DNA of 64,000 bases from assembly GCA_030390025.1 (NCBI GenBank), contig CM059425.1:161946001-162010000 (forward strand), given 5' to 3'. The notes under the pieces are model-generated. The model searched no databases, was not told the origin of the DNA, and saw only the letters and a list, made by a program, of their open reading frames with translations. This DNA is from Squalus acanthias (lineage: Eukaryota). Positions 34,716 through 48,384 of the stretch are shown in pieces. The number at the start of each line of letters is the position of its first letter. The stretch's first letter is position 1. The position numbers and the translations under genes were made by a program.

Positions 34716-35499
34716 CTGCAAGAACAGGTAAAAAAAATACCAATTATTTTACACACATTAATGAGAAAAATTGTAACTTTTAAATTTTCCCTTAAAAATA
34801 ACTTGATTAAATGTACAATGTACTAAAGTTAATGCTGCCGTAAAAAATTATTTACTATATGTTCAAAAGTACATAAACGAGGAACAACAAATATGGCTTC
34901 AGCACTTAGTTCCCTTGTATCTCATCAAAGTTCCTGTAACTTTTATATCTTGTGTTAATATAAACAAAGAACATTCGGATTTAAAACTAATTTTATTGAG
35001 GTGGCTTACAATCAGGTAGGATTTCACTGACAGTGCAAATGCTTTCAATTACAATTCAGCTTCTGATTCCACACAAGCAGATCTTCCAGGTTGGACCCAT
35101 TATAATGGCTGCTCATACTAGTGTTGAGAGTGGCAGTGAAGCAGCACACAAATTCATGTGCCTCTTCATTCATATATGTCAAATACTGTATTGCATAGAT
35201 TGCAATACTTCACTAATACAGTTAATTGTAATAATTTTCAGAAGAAATCAAGTACTGATGGCTCTTTAGAATGTGATATTTTCTTTAAATATGTATTGCA
35301 CTATGTGGTGCAAAAACAGTTTTAAGTAGTTCAGTATCAGTTAAACTGCAGCCACAAAACCCTTATTCCTCTGTGAGCTTATTGCTTGAATTTGGATTAA
35401 GCTGGAAGGAATCCAAGTTTGGATGAGGCCAGGAACTTTATACTACATTTCTGGTGGCAATTTTACAAAGATAACAGCATATCACTGCCCCTAAAAGTA

Positions 35500-35768
35500 C
35501 AGTAATCCCTCCCCAACTGTGGGGGATACGTCCCTGAAAACCCCCGTGGTTAGTAAAACTGCGGTTGGCAAATACAGTATAAATGTTCAAATAACACAAT
35601 AAAAAAGAATATAAAAGCAATAAAATCATGTTATTTAACTTAATCCTAAATTAAAAACTGCGGATACGCAAAATTCACTGCCGCGGTTGGCAAACGTTGT
35701 CGCAGAGAGGAAACCGTGTATACTTGAAATCCGCGTATGGCAAAACCGCAGTTGGGGCGGGATTCCTG
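35500..35768. mobile_element. Tc1/mariner (Tigger/pogo-like) MITE
   Basis: ~23-bp TIR CAGTAATCCCTCCCCAACTGTGG with 3 mismatches; TA TSD on both sides. Confidence 0.85.
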
Positions 35769-35975
35769 TATAATATAATGAAAAGATTATTCTCTTTAGA
35801 AAAGAGAATAGGTATGCAGATTCTGGAGATTATATCAAAAGGGAGTTTGCTAGATTTATGTTGTCGGAAAATGTAGAGGAGTATATTATGCGTTAAAATC
35901 TAGGGGAAAATGATTATAGATGGAGTTGAGATTATAAGGCCCAGGGTCCTGAAGAATGCCACTTATGCATTAGTT

Positions 35976-36000
35976 GGAGCTGTGGTTCAGTTGGTAGCAC
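35976..36000 (+). mobile_element. 5' head (A box) of a DeuSINE split by the Tx1 insertion
   Basis: GGAGCTGTGGTTCAGTTGGTAGCAC joins directly to the SINE body at 43461. Confidence 0.8.
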
Positions 36001-36146
36001 TCTCTAGGTGGGAGGGGCTAGGAGTGAGCAGGTGCTGCTGGGTGCTTGATTACTCCAGGAGTGAGTTTGTAAAAAGTTGGTGGTGGGTTTTGGGGCTTTT
36101 TTTTGGCCATGTTTTAGAGCCTTTTTGGTTCTTAAACAGCAGCCAG

Positions 36147-39100
36147 ATGGTTGCTGAGGGGCCTGGTACTCCGGGCCCCTCTGAGGACAATGTTCCCAGG
36201 ATGAATTTAATCAGGGGAGAAAATGTTGGGGGTAGGGAGAAAAAAAGGCCCAAAGATTTGGGCCGGGTCCCCAGGAGGTTTGGAAAAGAAAACATGGTGG
36301 TGGTTCAGTGTGAGGAAAAGGAGATACGAGCTTGGGATATTATCCAGGCGGTACATGAGGACTGTGGTGAGGGAAGCTGCTTTGCCTGCCAACCAAAGCC
36401 GAATGTTGGGTTCGAGGTGACGGTCAGTGGCCGAGAGGAGGTGGAAAGACTTTTACTGAGTTTGAAGGTTGGAGATAAGTTCTTGGAGGTATCTCTACTA
36501 TATTCTGAAGAGGTGGTGGTCTCATTCTTAAACCTGCTGGTTTATACTGAGGACGATGCGTTAATAAAAAAGTTGGAGTCGTGGGACATTAAAATTTCCT
36601 TGGCAATAAAGAGGAGATACTATCCAGGAACGCGGGTAGCAGATGGAACCCATTATGTAAAGCTGTGGTTCCCAGAGAGGGTGAAGTCATTGTCGTATAG
36701 CATGAAATTTGAGACCATGGAAGGAGTACACTATTTCCGGGTACTGCATGATAACCAGGTGAAGGTTTGTTATTATTGTCTTGGGCACGACCATCTTCTA
36801 AGAAGCTGTCCAGACTGCTATAACTGTGGCAAGTCTGGACACATCGCTCGGAGCTGCAAGGCGGAGAGCTGTGGGGTGTGTCACAAAGGCCCCATCCGCT
36901 GTGAGTGAGAGGCAGAAGGAAGCCGCTTGAGTGACGAGGAGATGGAAAAAGGAGCAGGAGGTGTGAATGGAGCGGCCGGAGGAGCAGAGTAGGCAAGGAC
37001 ATAGCTGGTGAATGGAAGGAGAAAAGAGCACAGGAAGAGGCAGAAAATTGCGAAGCAGAGAACAGGATGGAGATAGTGGAAAACACACCAAGTACAGTGG
37101 AAAAGGACAAAGACAATGGAGGGCAGCACAGGTCAAGGGCAGAGTCGAGCCATAATACGGCTCGGCTCTTCCTAAAGAATCTGGTGTCCGTGGGGGGAAG
37201 AGGAGGCGGGAGCGGGGTGCGGGGTAAGTGCAAGTACTCCAAAGAAAGAGGGGGAGGCGGACATCTCGGGGAGCAGGAGGGGGCAAGACAAGGAGAGGGT
37301 GCAGGAGGCAGGAGCCTTAAAGGGGCAGCAGGACGGGAGCGGGAGACAAAGATGCCAGAAGGGTGCAAGATAGGTGCAGATGTGCCATTGTCAGAGAGAG
37401 AGAAGAAATGGGGAGCAAGGGTCAGCGGTGGAGATGAGGTCGAAGGGAGTGGCACTGTTAGAGAAACCGTGATAGCAGGAAGACACTCTAAGGGAGATTA
37501 TGGGCTCGATTTTAATAGCCCTGAGGAGAAGGGCTTGGAGGCGGGTTAGCTGTGAAAATCGGAAAAAATGGCTTCAGACACCCAACCCTCCTCCATCCCG
37601 CCCCTATGCGATTTTTGTGAGTGTCTGTTCAGCTGCTCCCAAACTGACCTGACTCCAACCAGTGGGACAGGTAGTTAAGGCAGTTAAGAGCCTGTTAACT
37701 GCCTTGATAATCCTATTTTGATAGAGGTTTCCCATTTTTGTGCCTCTGGCTCCTGTTTCCCGTCTTGTCAGAAACAGTTCTGCTGCAAGGAGACGAGTTG
37801 GTGGAGGACATGATCTGTAGTCATTATTGGTGCAGAACTTTAAAAGTGCTCCTGTAACATGGCTGGCATTCAAATGCAACAACTTTGTTGTTGGAGGTTT
37901 GGGATAAGATTTTGCAAATCTACTGACCTTGTGACTGGTCAAGCTGACACATATTTGCTGTGTGAACTGATTGGAATAATTTTAGGCCACTTTGAGTGTG
38001 CGCTTGCAAGCTTCTTGCCTCAACTGAAATCTATAACAACAGGCTGGGAACCATTTACATCCTCTCATCCTGGTTGTCAGATTCGGAGGAAGAGCAGCGC
38101 GGCTTAGTGCTGCTGGATGAACAAGTGGCTCAGCACACAGCCTCCTTGGAGGACGAGGAAGAGGACGAGAAGGAGGATGAGCAGGAGGACGGGGAGTGAT
38201 GCCTTGCGGGGCCGGATGTGGCCAATCCAGCAGCAGGCGACCGCATTGACGGCTGTCAGGCAAGGGATGCACACATCCATGCCAGATTCACGTAAGCTAA
38301 CGCTTCAACCACAGGTGGCTGGCACATGAAGATGACTATAAGTCCGAAAGTCTGAAACCCAGGCATGATCGGTCCAATAAACGGTGGTTTGCGTTCAGTG
38401 TCACCACCATCATTCTACATGGAAATCACCCTGAGCCCTCATTCTTGAACTTCCATTTCCCAGAACACAGAGGCCACACTTTAGGTGATCTCAGATGATC
38501 ATTAAACCTTTTTCGACACTAAACCCATGTGCGTCTGCACACAGACCTCAAGTTCACCTCCTCAGCAATTTGCAGCCAAGCTGCCTTGGTTTGCTGAGGA
38601 GGCCTCCTCCTTCCGTTTCCAAGGAAGAGGAGCTCCTGATGTCCTCTAACTCCCTCAACAAGAGCATGGAGAGAGCCCTCATTGAGCCTGGGTGCAGCCT
38701 TAGCTTTTGGGGCTGCCATTCCTGCAGCTCCCAGCATCTTTAAGAGAAAAAATGCATTAATATAACTAAGCAAATGATTGGAACACATCTGGCATCTTTT
38801 TCATTTCATAGTCAGATAATAAAGTCATATATCAAAAAATCATGAATCTCTTTCTGGAATAATATGACCAGCAATATCATTCATTAAATTTTGCTCAGAA
38901 CAAACGCTGTCAACTCCCCTTTTAAGATAATAAAGCACCAAGCCATCCCAATGACATTTGTATGCAAAGGGGACATGGCCCCTTTAAATTTTCACACAAA
39001 CAATGCGTCATCAGACACGAGAAACTGACACCCTCCAAGCAATTGCCTGGAGGGACCCGCACGTCGGCCGTAACGAGGCCAATGAAGCCAAAATCGGAAG

Positions 39101-39471
39101 TGCTGGGAGGCAGCAGCCGGATGCGGGTTCGAAAGCTGCTGAGCAGTGGTCCCGCCCTCAACCCGCATCCGTTATTAAAATTGAGCCCTATGTATCTGAC
39201 GGTGAGCAGGGACAGGAGGTTACAGAAGAGCTCAAGAGTAAGGAGTCAGAGGGGGACAGAGACATAGAAGTGGGGGGTGGGGTGGCATCGTGTGGAAAGG
39301 GAAAGGTTAGGAAGGGGCAGCTCCTTGGCCCAAACCAAATGTAAGGGACAGGCTGAAACTGCAGGAAAGGTTCAAACAGGAGGTGAAAAAGAGCCAGAGG
39401 CTGCAAGAGAAAGAAACAGGTGCCCGAAAAGTTGGGAAGGAGCACGAGAGGAGGGAAGGGCCGGAGATTAA
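36147..39471 (+). pseudogene. Tx1 ORF1 (gag-like zinc-knuckle protein), interrupted by Harbinger H4
   Basis: CYYCLGHDHLLRSC and CYNCGKSGHIARSC knuckles followed by a purine-rich low-complexity tail; stops and frameshifts. End approximate. Confidence 0.8.
37502..39188. mobile_element. Internally deleted Harbinger element (copy H4) inside Tx1 ORF1
   Basis: 16-bp TIR GGGCTCGATTTTAATA (one mismatch); TSD TAT; fused transposase N/C termini (+, ~38044-38199) and Myb N-terminus (-, MAAPKAKAAPR...AWLQIAEEVN). Confidence 0.9.
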
Positions 39472-39513
39472 ATGATGGGGGGATTATCAGGCACACTTCC
39501 CTTATTCAGAGGC

Positions 39514-42500
39514 ATGATTACATTGGTCTCAATTAATGTGAACGGACTGAGGGTGAGAAGAAATTGCAGCAGTTGTTGCAGTGTTTTAAAGCCACTGACT
39601 TGTTGAGTCTGCAAGAAACCTTTTGGGATGAGGATATCCTAGAAAGAGTTCGGAAGGTTTGGAAGGGAGAGGTGTTTGCAAGTTGTGGAAACAATAACCG
39701 TAGAGGGGTGGCTGTTTTGGTGAGACCGTCCATAAAAGAGAACATTGCCTTGGTGGATAAGGACACTGAGGGGAGATTTTCACGGCTAAAGGTAAAAATG
39801 GAGGAATTTAATTGCGATCTGTTTAATATCTAAGCACCGAACGACCATTGCAAGCGTTGTGAGTTTTTTCGGTGGTTATTCACTGAAGTGGCAGAGGCAG
39901 AAAACCCTTGTATAGTGGGGGATTTTAATGTATTTTTATCTCGGATAGACATTTCAGCCCAGATGACCTTTAAGGATGATAACTCCAGAGGGATGATTGT
40001 AAAAATGATGGCAAATTTAAATTTGAGATACTTATGGAGGGATCGGAACCCCATAAAAAAGGAGTTCTCCAGAAGAGGTTGGGTGTGCGAAGTTTTAAAA
40101 CAGAGCCGAATAGATTTTGTGTTAATGCTGGAAGGGTTAAGTTCTGAGATGATGGAGATTTATTACAAAAAAGTATTTTTTAGTGACCACTCGGCTTTGG
40201 TTCTTAGAATTAGGAACAGCAGAGTTAAGATCGGTCTAGGGGTGTGAATTTTAAACAATCAGTACCTGAAAGAAATTGCTTATAAAGAAAGGAATTTAAA
40301 TATAATAAAGAATGCTCGGAAGGAGCCTTTATTCTTGAAAGAAAGAAGAGTTTGGTGGGACAATTTCAAATATGAGGTAAAAGTTTTTTCAGTACGTTAT
40401 GGGAAAGAGTGAGCAGCAGCTAACCAGCGTCGAGAAGAGAATATAAACAAAAGGTTTACGGATGTCTGTAAAGCAGTTGACGGAGGGGATAAGGGAGCAG
40501 AGACCAAGTGGGTGGTTTTAAAGGGAATTAGAAAGAAAGAAAAATGCAAGGTGGTCATTCTCCAGGCAAAAGCTAAAGATGCATTGGAGGGAGAAAGATG
40601 CGCTCGATATTTGAGAGAGCAAGAGAAGCTGCGACAGAGATTATCATTAATTGGAGAGTTGAAGGTTGGGGAGAAGATCATTAATGAAAGTGGGGAGATT
40701 TTGGAGGCGGCTAGTAGCTTTTATCAAGAGTTATATACAAAAGAAGACATTTCCAAATTGGCAATGGAGAAGGTTAGTGCTTTTATTGAAGAGGGTTTAA
40801 AGGAGGATGAGAGAAGCATGTGTGACAAAGAAGTAGGATTAGCGGAAATAAAAGTAGCAATAAGTGGAATGAAAGCGGGGAAAAGCCCAGAGTCCGATGG
40901 ACTAAGTGCAGAATTTTATAAAGAATTTTTAGAGATTTTAAGTCCATTGCTCTTAGAGGTTTTTAAGGAGATTAAAATTGAAGGAAGCCTGGCCCCAACT
41001 ATGAGGAGAGGTACCATAAGCTTAGCTTAAAAATAAAGGGGATAGAAAGGATCTAAAGAATTGAAGGCCCATCACATTATTAAATGTGGATTATAAGATC
41101 TTGGCAAGGGTTATGGCAAATCGTATGAAGGAGGTGATGCTGCAGATAGTTTTGCCCTCTCAAGTCACATGCTGGGACATTGCAGACTCAGTGGTCTCAA
41201 TCCGTGATGCGATAGAGCTCATGGAAGAGAGTGGGAGGGAGGCTTATGTGTTAAAGATAGATCAAGAGAAAGGATCTCATAGGGTTTCTCATTACTTTTT
41301 ATTGATGGTTTTGGAAGCATTTGGTTTCGGGGGGAAAATTTCATTGAGTGGATAAGGATTTTTTATTCAAGCATATTTAGCTGTGTTAAATGTATTGGTT
41401 TTTTATCCAAGTATTTTCCGATAGAGGTCAGTGAGACAGGGTTGTCCCCTGTCCCCATTGTTGTACACATTGGTAGCAGAACCATTAGGTTACATGATGC
41501 GAAAGGAACAAGGCGTAGTTGGGATTGCGGTTCCCAGTTTTGGGCGGGTGTCGGTGATACACCAATATGCAGATGACACAAACATAACGTTGAGAGATGG
41601 GGAGTCTGTGAGGAAAGCTATAGGAGTAGTGGAGGAGTATTGAAGAGCTTCAGGAGCCAGAGTAAATTATAGTAAGTTCCAATGCCTGGTTGCGGGAAGG
41701 GGTAGGGGGGAATGGTTGGAGGAAAGCCAATTTAAGGTGGGAGGAGGTTTTTGAAGTTCCTAGTGTGCATATGTGGTGCAAGAAGGACAGGGATGAAGTG
41801 GATCGATTAAATTGGGAACCGAAGGTTATGAAAATTAAAAAGATTTTGGGAAGATGGGAAAGAAAGTGGTTGAAAGTGCAAGGAAGAGTGACAGTGGTGT
41901 CCGCTCTCTTGCTGTCTAAGCTGTGGTACTTATTAACGGTGGAGGATATTCCCGAATGGGCGGAAAAGTCCATCCGAGAGGCTTGTTTGAGGTTTTTATG
42001 GGAAGGGAAACCAGCCTTGGTTGCTTACAATACGATCATTGGACGGAGAAATCAGGGAGGACTCAATTTCCCAGATATTGATTTGAAGAAAAAATCCTTT
42101 AGAATCAAATGGGTGAAGAGATTTCTTCAGAAGTCAAATACAAGTTTTTGGAAGAGTTGTTTTGAGCATTTTTTTAAACGAAGTGGGATAGGAGGGCAGG
42201 GGATATTGTATATGGAATACAATTAATATATTTTTGAAATCGATTAAACCTCTCCCTAGGTTTTATAAAGGGGTTGTAGAGACTTGGGCCCAATTTTTTA
42301 AAAAAAGTGTGCAGTTTATGCCCAAGGGTGCTGAGGAATTTTTTAGAACAGCCCTTATTTTTGAACAGGTGGGTCAACATTGAAGGAGAGGTATTATTTA
42401 ATCAAGCTTTTATAAAAGCTGATATTATATACGTGAAAGATGTATTATATGTGGTAATTCCAGGTTGGTTGCTGGAAGCGGGAGGAGGATCAGGAGGTAG

Positions 42501-43333
42501 AGGAAAAAGCAATTACGATCACGTATGAGAAGATTGTGAGGGCAATGCCACAGGATTGGATGGAAGAAATAAATGCGCAAATCTCCAAAGGAAGTAAAAT
42601 GCGTCTCGCTTTTCCAAGCTTTCTGCTGGAGAAAGGGGAGGAATTGGTCCAATTTGACAACTGTAATACTCGAGATTTCTATGGGGTATTTAGAGAATGT
42701 AGATTCACGACACCTGCTGGTCAGGAGTTTTGGCAAAGTATATACCCACAGCTGGACTTCAACAGGATTTGGAAGGGAGTGTGGGCCAATTTTAAATGTC
42801 CAGAGTGGATTGAACTGAATTTCAAATTGGCTCATAACTGGATTTTTACCATGACGGTCTTATGTAAGATTGGGCGAGTGGAGGTGGCAACTTGCCCAGT
42901 GTGTGGGACACGGGATGAGACTCTGTCCCATTTACTGGTGTTACGTCCGCAGTTAAAGGATTTGAATTACTATGTTCGACAGTTGTGAGAGGTTTTTTTG
43001 CTGGGTGGGGATCGAAGAGCGAGAATGGGAATCCCGTGGGACTCAATTTTGAGATGGGGATTGCCGGAGAGTCTGGCCGAGTCTAGTGGAGCGACAATTA
43101 ATTTAATGTTCAGTTTGACTAGATTTGTCATTGTGCAAAGAAGGAATGCTCTGTTTTTTAAGGGGAGGAGAATAAATTTAAAAGAGTATTTTAAATATAA
43201 GCTAAAAGATCATTATAAGGCTCTGTGGATGTTTTATTCAGAAAGAAATTTAAAGATAGTATTTTATGATCAATTTTTAAAGTACAATAGATTAATGTAT
43301 GTTATGGGAGACAAATTAAACTTCAGGTATTGA
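39514..43333 (+). pseudogene. Tx1 ORF2 (APE endonuclease, reverse transcriptase, C-terminal zinc finger), disrupted
   Basis: MITLVSINVNGL, LQET, GDFN, SRIDF, SDH, RQGCPLSPLLY, QYADD, CPVCGTRDETLSH. Confidence 0.93.
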
Positions 43334-43448
43334 TAATATGTGGTGGAGGAATGGCTGTGCAGAGTGGCGGAATGGATTTGTATGATACAATGGAAAGATC
43401 ACGATGATGTAAATGCTTTTAATATTCAATAAATATATATTAAAAAAA

Positions 43449-43881
43449 AGTTGGTAGCACCTCGCCTCTGAGTCAGAAGGTTGTGGGTTCAAGTCCCACT
43501 CCAGGGACTTGAGCACATAAAGCGAGGCTGACACTCCAGTGCAGTGCTGAGGGAGTGCTGCACTGTCGGAGGTGCTGTTTTTCGGATGAGACGTTAAACC
43601 GAGGCCCCGTCTGCTCTCAGGTGGATGTAAAAGATCCCATGGCACTATTTCGAAGAAGAGCAGGGGAGTTAGCCCCGGTGGCCAATATTCAACCCTCAGG
43701 TCAACATCACTAAAACAGATCTGGTCATTATCACATGTTTGTGGGAGCTTGTTGCATGCAGATTGGCTGCCGCGTTTCTTGCATTACAACAGTGACTACA
43801 CTTTAAAAGTACTTCATTGGCTGTAAAGCGCTTTGGGATGTCTGGTGGTTGTGAAAGGCGCTATATAAATGCAAGTCTTTC
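43449..43881 (+). mobile_element. DeuSINE (SacSINE1-like) body
   Basis: B box GGTTCAAGTCC; Deu domain GCACTGTCGGAGGTGC...GGATGAGACGTTAAACCGAGGCCCCGTC...AAAGATCCCATGGCAC; L2-like tail. Confidence 0.92.
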
Positions 43882-44184
43882 AAGTTGTTCTTTCAATAAG
43901 ACAAATGTCCTTCAGGTTTATATTTTATTTAATTTTTCCAATGAGTCATTGGAGGATATTTTACTTAAAATTCATTTTCTAAATCCACTGATCTTTTTTT
44001 CTTCAGTTATACTGCTATCTTCCTATACCACTGCCCAAAGCAACAGAAATTTTAAATATTAGTAACTTCTTTTTAATTTATTAAATGAAAGAATCCAGCT
44101 GGAGTATTCAATTTTTGTTCTCACCAAGGCAAGACATGCCTAAAACATGGAAACTCTTGTCTATCTTGCCTTTGGTGGGAATGC

Positions 44185-45140
44185 ATAGATTCCATAAAGA
44201 TTACAACACAAAACAGGCCATTTGGCCCAACCAGTCCATGTTGCTGTTCACACAACCAGTAGTCCTAATCCCATGTGCCAAACCTGTTGCCATATCCTTT
44301 TATCCTCCTTTCCTTCAACCAGCTATCTAACCTATTCTTAAATGTTGACATGGTCTCTGCTATAATCACTGCCTCCAGTAGTGCATTCCACAGCCTCACA
44401 ACCATCTGTGTAAAAATGTTTCGCCTGCTCTGTCCTAAATCTCTTACATTTACGGACTGATTTTTCACATTGGGTGGACATCAGGCGGTCGAAAGGTGGT
44501 GCAATTGCACTGCCTGCCCAATATCCTTGGCGAGAGGTCTGAGCCATTTTGATGGCTGGGCTTCATTTAAATGGCACTCACAGGCAGCTCACCCATCAGT
44601 GGGGAGGTAGGGGGAGGAAATGCAGCAGCTCCTCTGGAGCTGAGCTAGAAGTTGGGTGTTAAAGGTGGAGGAGGCAACTGCCGGTAGTGGGGTGGGGCGG
44701 TGGTGGCGGGGGGCGGTGGGGGCATAGTTTGACCGGCAGTGGGTGGGAAGATTTTTGAGAGGCCGGGAAGAGCATTCAAGGTCCTTCAAAATTGTGCTGC
44801 TATCCTACATACGTCATATGACCCCGATTTGTATATCACAAGTTGGATATCACCAGAAACAAGCGGGCACTAATGCCACCCATTGAAAATTTCAACGGAC
44901 AGATTGAGAGTGGGAATGGTGCGGTAAGTTCAGCCCTGCGATTTTTGGAGCACTATTGCCTAGTTCCTGCTCAGTAGAGCCAGTGAAAATTGTCCCCTTC
45001 AATTTATATCTCTGCCCCACATTCTAGACATCTTAATCACTGGAAACAGTCTTTTTCTATATACCCTGTCCAATCACCTCTATCATATCACCCCGTAATC
45101 TTCTCTGTTCTAATGAAACCAGCTCCAAATTTTCAAGTCT
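44185..45140 (-). mobile_element. Old CR1 3' fragment interrupted by a Harbinger-type MITE (~44453-44997)
   Basis: RNIFTQMVVRLWNAL translation; internal element with degenerate TIRs GGACTGATTTTTCAC / GTGAAAATTGTCCC. Confidence 0.65.
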
Positions 45141-48100
45141 TTTTGTATTTGAATGCACCCATCTTCAAAACTGGGTGTACTGAAATCTTTAAATTTGTCT
45201 TGACAATATACTTCAACCTTAAACCCAGAAGTCAAATCAGTACAACACTTCCCTTCCTAAGGATTTCATTTTTGGGTTTCTCACAGCTGACACTGTCCAA
45301 TTTGGTGGTCGGTTGTTGAAGCCCTTGAATTGCATCCTCTGAATGAGTTTCAACAGACATCTCCAGGGATTTAAGGGTAGTAATTAAAACTACTATGTTA
45401 ACTTGTATGTTATCTCAGTCTTGAATTATATTGACCCTTCTTAAATAAACATATAATTAAGATTTTCTCAAGAAACATGTTTACCACATGCTACGAGAAA
45501 TACGTTCCTTAATACTGTTTCTCCACAAAGTGTAAATTTTGGATACAGACGACAACTGGAGGTTGAATAGTTTTATCAACAGTTTGACGTACTTGAGCAA
45601 AAACACATAACAGTTTCTGTCTTTGTTACCAATAATGGCAAAACCCCACTTGACACAAAATGTTGGCACGAAGGACATTTGTATGATCAAAACTTGCATT
45701 AATATCACCTCAATTTACCAGAAAACAAAGATAACTATTTTGCAAATATATACTAAAAGTACTTTGAAAGTCCACGACGAGACATCCAGACAGTAATATA
45801 TGAATTTTCTATTAAAGAAGTTGTTAAATAAGTACTCTGAAGGCGGAACTTCAAATGGAATTCAGTCTGCAATAGGAAAGTGTGCATCTCCCCAAAAAGG
45901 AGTGTAATAACAGATTATTAAATGGATCTGCTTTCTGAAAGATATATTGTTATTTCTGTAAGTCCACAAGCAGTCTTTTGGATACTTGAAATGTCAGGTT
46001 TCTTGGTCATTAAAGGCCTGCCTGGAAGACATATCTGACAGCTGCTATTGAGGTGAGTGGCAATCAGCATCCTCCCACTCCTGGATGTTGATCCCAACAC
46101 TCAAACATAATTCAAATGCTCAGTCCCACTTTTTTTTTTTTAAATAGTGCTTCTAGGGAGAGCACTTCATTTGAAGAGTACTCCAAGAATTACATTTTAG
46201 GCATTTTCGATATCCACTCAATTGAATATTTGGAAAGCATGTAGCTTCTCGAGACGAGGTGAGAAAAACGAGCATTAAAAAGGTGTTCTAATATGACGTT
46301 TTTAGAAACATAGAAAAATAGGAGCAGGAGTAGGCCATTCGGCCCTTCGAGCCTGCTCCGCCATTCAATATGATCATGGCTGATCCTCTATCTCAATACC
46401 ATATTCCCCCTCTCCCCCCATACCCCTTGATGCCTTTTGTGTCTAGAAATCTGTCTATCACCTTCTTAAATATATTCAGTGACTTGGCCTCCACAGCCTT
46501 CTGTGGTAGAGAATTCCACAGGTTCACCACCCTCTGCTCGAAGAAATTTCTCCTCATCTCAGCCCTAAATGTCCTACCCTGTATCCTGAGACTGTGACCC
46601 CTCGTTCTTGACCCTCCAGCCAGAGGAAACATCTTCCCTGCATCCAGTCTGTCTAGCCCTGTCAGAATTTTATACGTTTCAATGAGATCCCCTCTCATTC
46701 TTCTAATCTCTAGTGAATACAGGCCTAGTCGACCCAATCTCTCCTCATACGACAGTCCTGCCATCCCAGGAATCAGTCTGGTGAACCTTCGCTGCACTCC
46801 CTCTATGGCAAGTATATCCTTTCTTAGGTAAGGAGACCAAAACTGCACACAGTACTCCAGGTGTGGTTTCACCAAGGCCCTGTATAACTGTAGTAAGACA
46901 TCCTTGCTCCTGTACTCAAATCCTCTTGCAATGAAGGCAAACATACCATTTGCCTTCCTAACTGTTTGCTGCACCTGCATGTTTGCTTTCAGCGACTGGT
47001 GTACAAGGACACCCAGGTCCCTTTGTACATCAACATTTCCCAATCTATCACCATTTAAATAATACTCTGCCTTTCTGTTTTTTCTACCGAAGTGGATAAC
47101 TTCACATTTATCCACGTTATACTGCATCTGCCATGTATTTGCCCACTCACTCAACTTGTCTAAATCGCCTTGAAGCCTCTTTGCATCCGCCGCATAACTC
47201 ACAATCCCGCCTAGTTTCGTGTCGTCAACAAACTTGGAAATATTACATTTGGTTCCCTCATCCAAATCATTGATATATATTGTGAATAGCTGGGGCCCAA
47301 GCACTGATCCCTGCGGTACCCCACTAGTCACCGCCTGCCACCCCGAAAAAGACCCATTTATTCCTACTCTCTGTTTCCTGTCTGTTAACCAATTTTCAAT
47401 CCATGCCAGTATATTACCCCCAATCCCATGTGCTTTAATTTGGCACACTAACCTCTTATGTTGGACTTTATCAAAGGCCTTCTGAAAATCCAAATACATC
47501 ACATCCACTGGTTCTCCCTTATCTATTCTACCAGTTACATCCTCAAAAAACTCCAGCTGGTTTGTCAAACACGATTTCCCTTTCATAAATCCATGTTGAT
47601 TCTGTCTAATCCCGTTGATATTTTCTAAGTGTCCTGTTATCACATCCTTTATAATAGACTCTAGCATTTTCCCTACTACTGATGTTAGGCTAACCGGTCT
47701 GTAGTTCCCTGTTTTCTCTCTCCCTCCTTTTTTAAATAGTGGGGTTACATTTGCCACCCTCCAATCTGCAGGAACTGTTCCATAAACTATAGAATTTTGG
47801 AAGATGACAACCAATGCATCCACTATTTCCATGGCTACCTCTTTTAGTACTCTGGGATGCAGATTATCAGGCTCTGGGGGTTTATTGGCTTTCAGTCCCA
47901 TTAATTTCTCCAGCACTATTTTTTTACTAATACTAATTTCCTTTAATTCCTCCTTCTCACTAGACCCTTGGTTCCCTCGCATTTCTGGGAAGTTATTTGT
48001 GTCCTCTTCCGTGAAGACAGAACCAAAGTATCTGTTTAATTGCTAAGCCATTTCCTTGTTCTCCATTATAAATTCTCCCATTTCTGACTGTAAGGGACCT

Positions 48101-48384
48101 ACATTTGTCTTCACTAATCTTTTTCTTTTAACATACTTGTAGAAGCTTTTACAGTCCACTTTTATGTTCCTTACAAGTTTACTATCATACTCTATTTTTC
48201 CCCTCTTAATCAATCTCTTGGTGCTTTTTTGCTGAACTCGAAACTGCTCCCAATCCTCAGGCTTGCTACTTTTTCTGGCAACTTTATGACTCCTCTTTGG
48301 ATGTAATACTATCCTTAATTTCTTTTGTTAGCCATGGTTGGGCCGCTTTTCCTTTTGTGTTTTTGCTCCAGAAAGGAATGTATA

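Larger units (their letters stand above)
36001..43448 (+). mobile_element. Full-length Tx1-type (L1 group) non-LTR retrotransposon, decayed
   Basis: ORF1 with CCHC zinc knuckles, ORF2 APE-RT-zinc finger, AATAAA and poly(A); flanked by TSD AGTTGGTAGCAC (35989-36000 / 43449-43460). Confidence 0.92.

Noticed and set aside
35910..36146. N-terminal part of the 332-aa ORF as a host-transposon fusion
   Set aside because: The frame merely runs through flank, SINE head and Tx1 5' UTR; ORF1 more plausibly starts at 36147 or later.
36589..37455. 288-aa Pro/Ser/Leu-rich minus-strand ORF
   Set aside because: Antisense shadow of the purine-rich Tx1 ORF1 region.
46393..47982. 529-aa RT ORF as an active or domesticated gene
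   Set aside because: The element is 5'-truncated, interrupted by a Penelope-like insert and broken upstream; this is a fairly young dead CR1.
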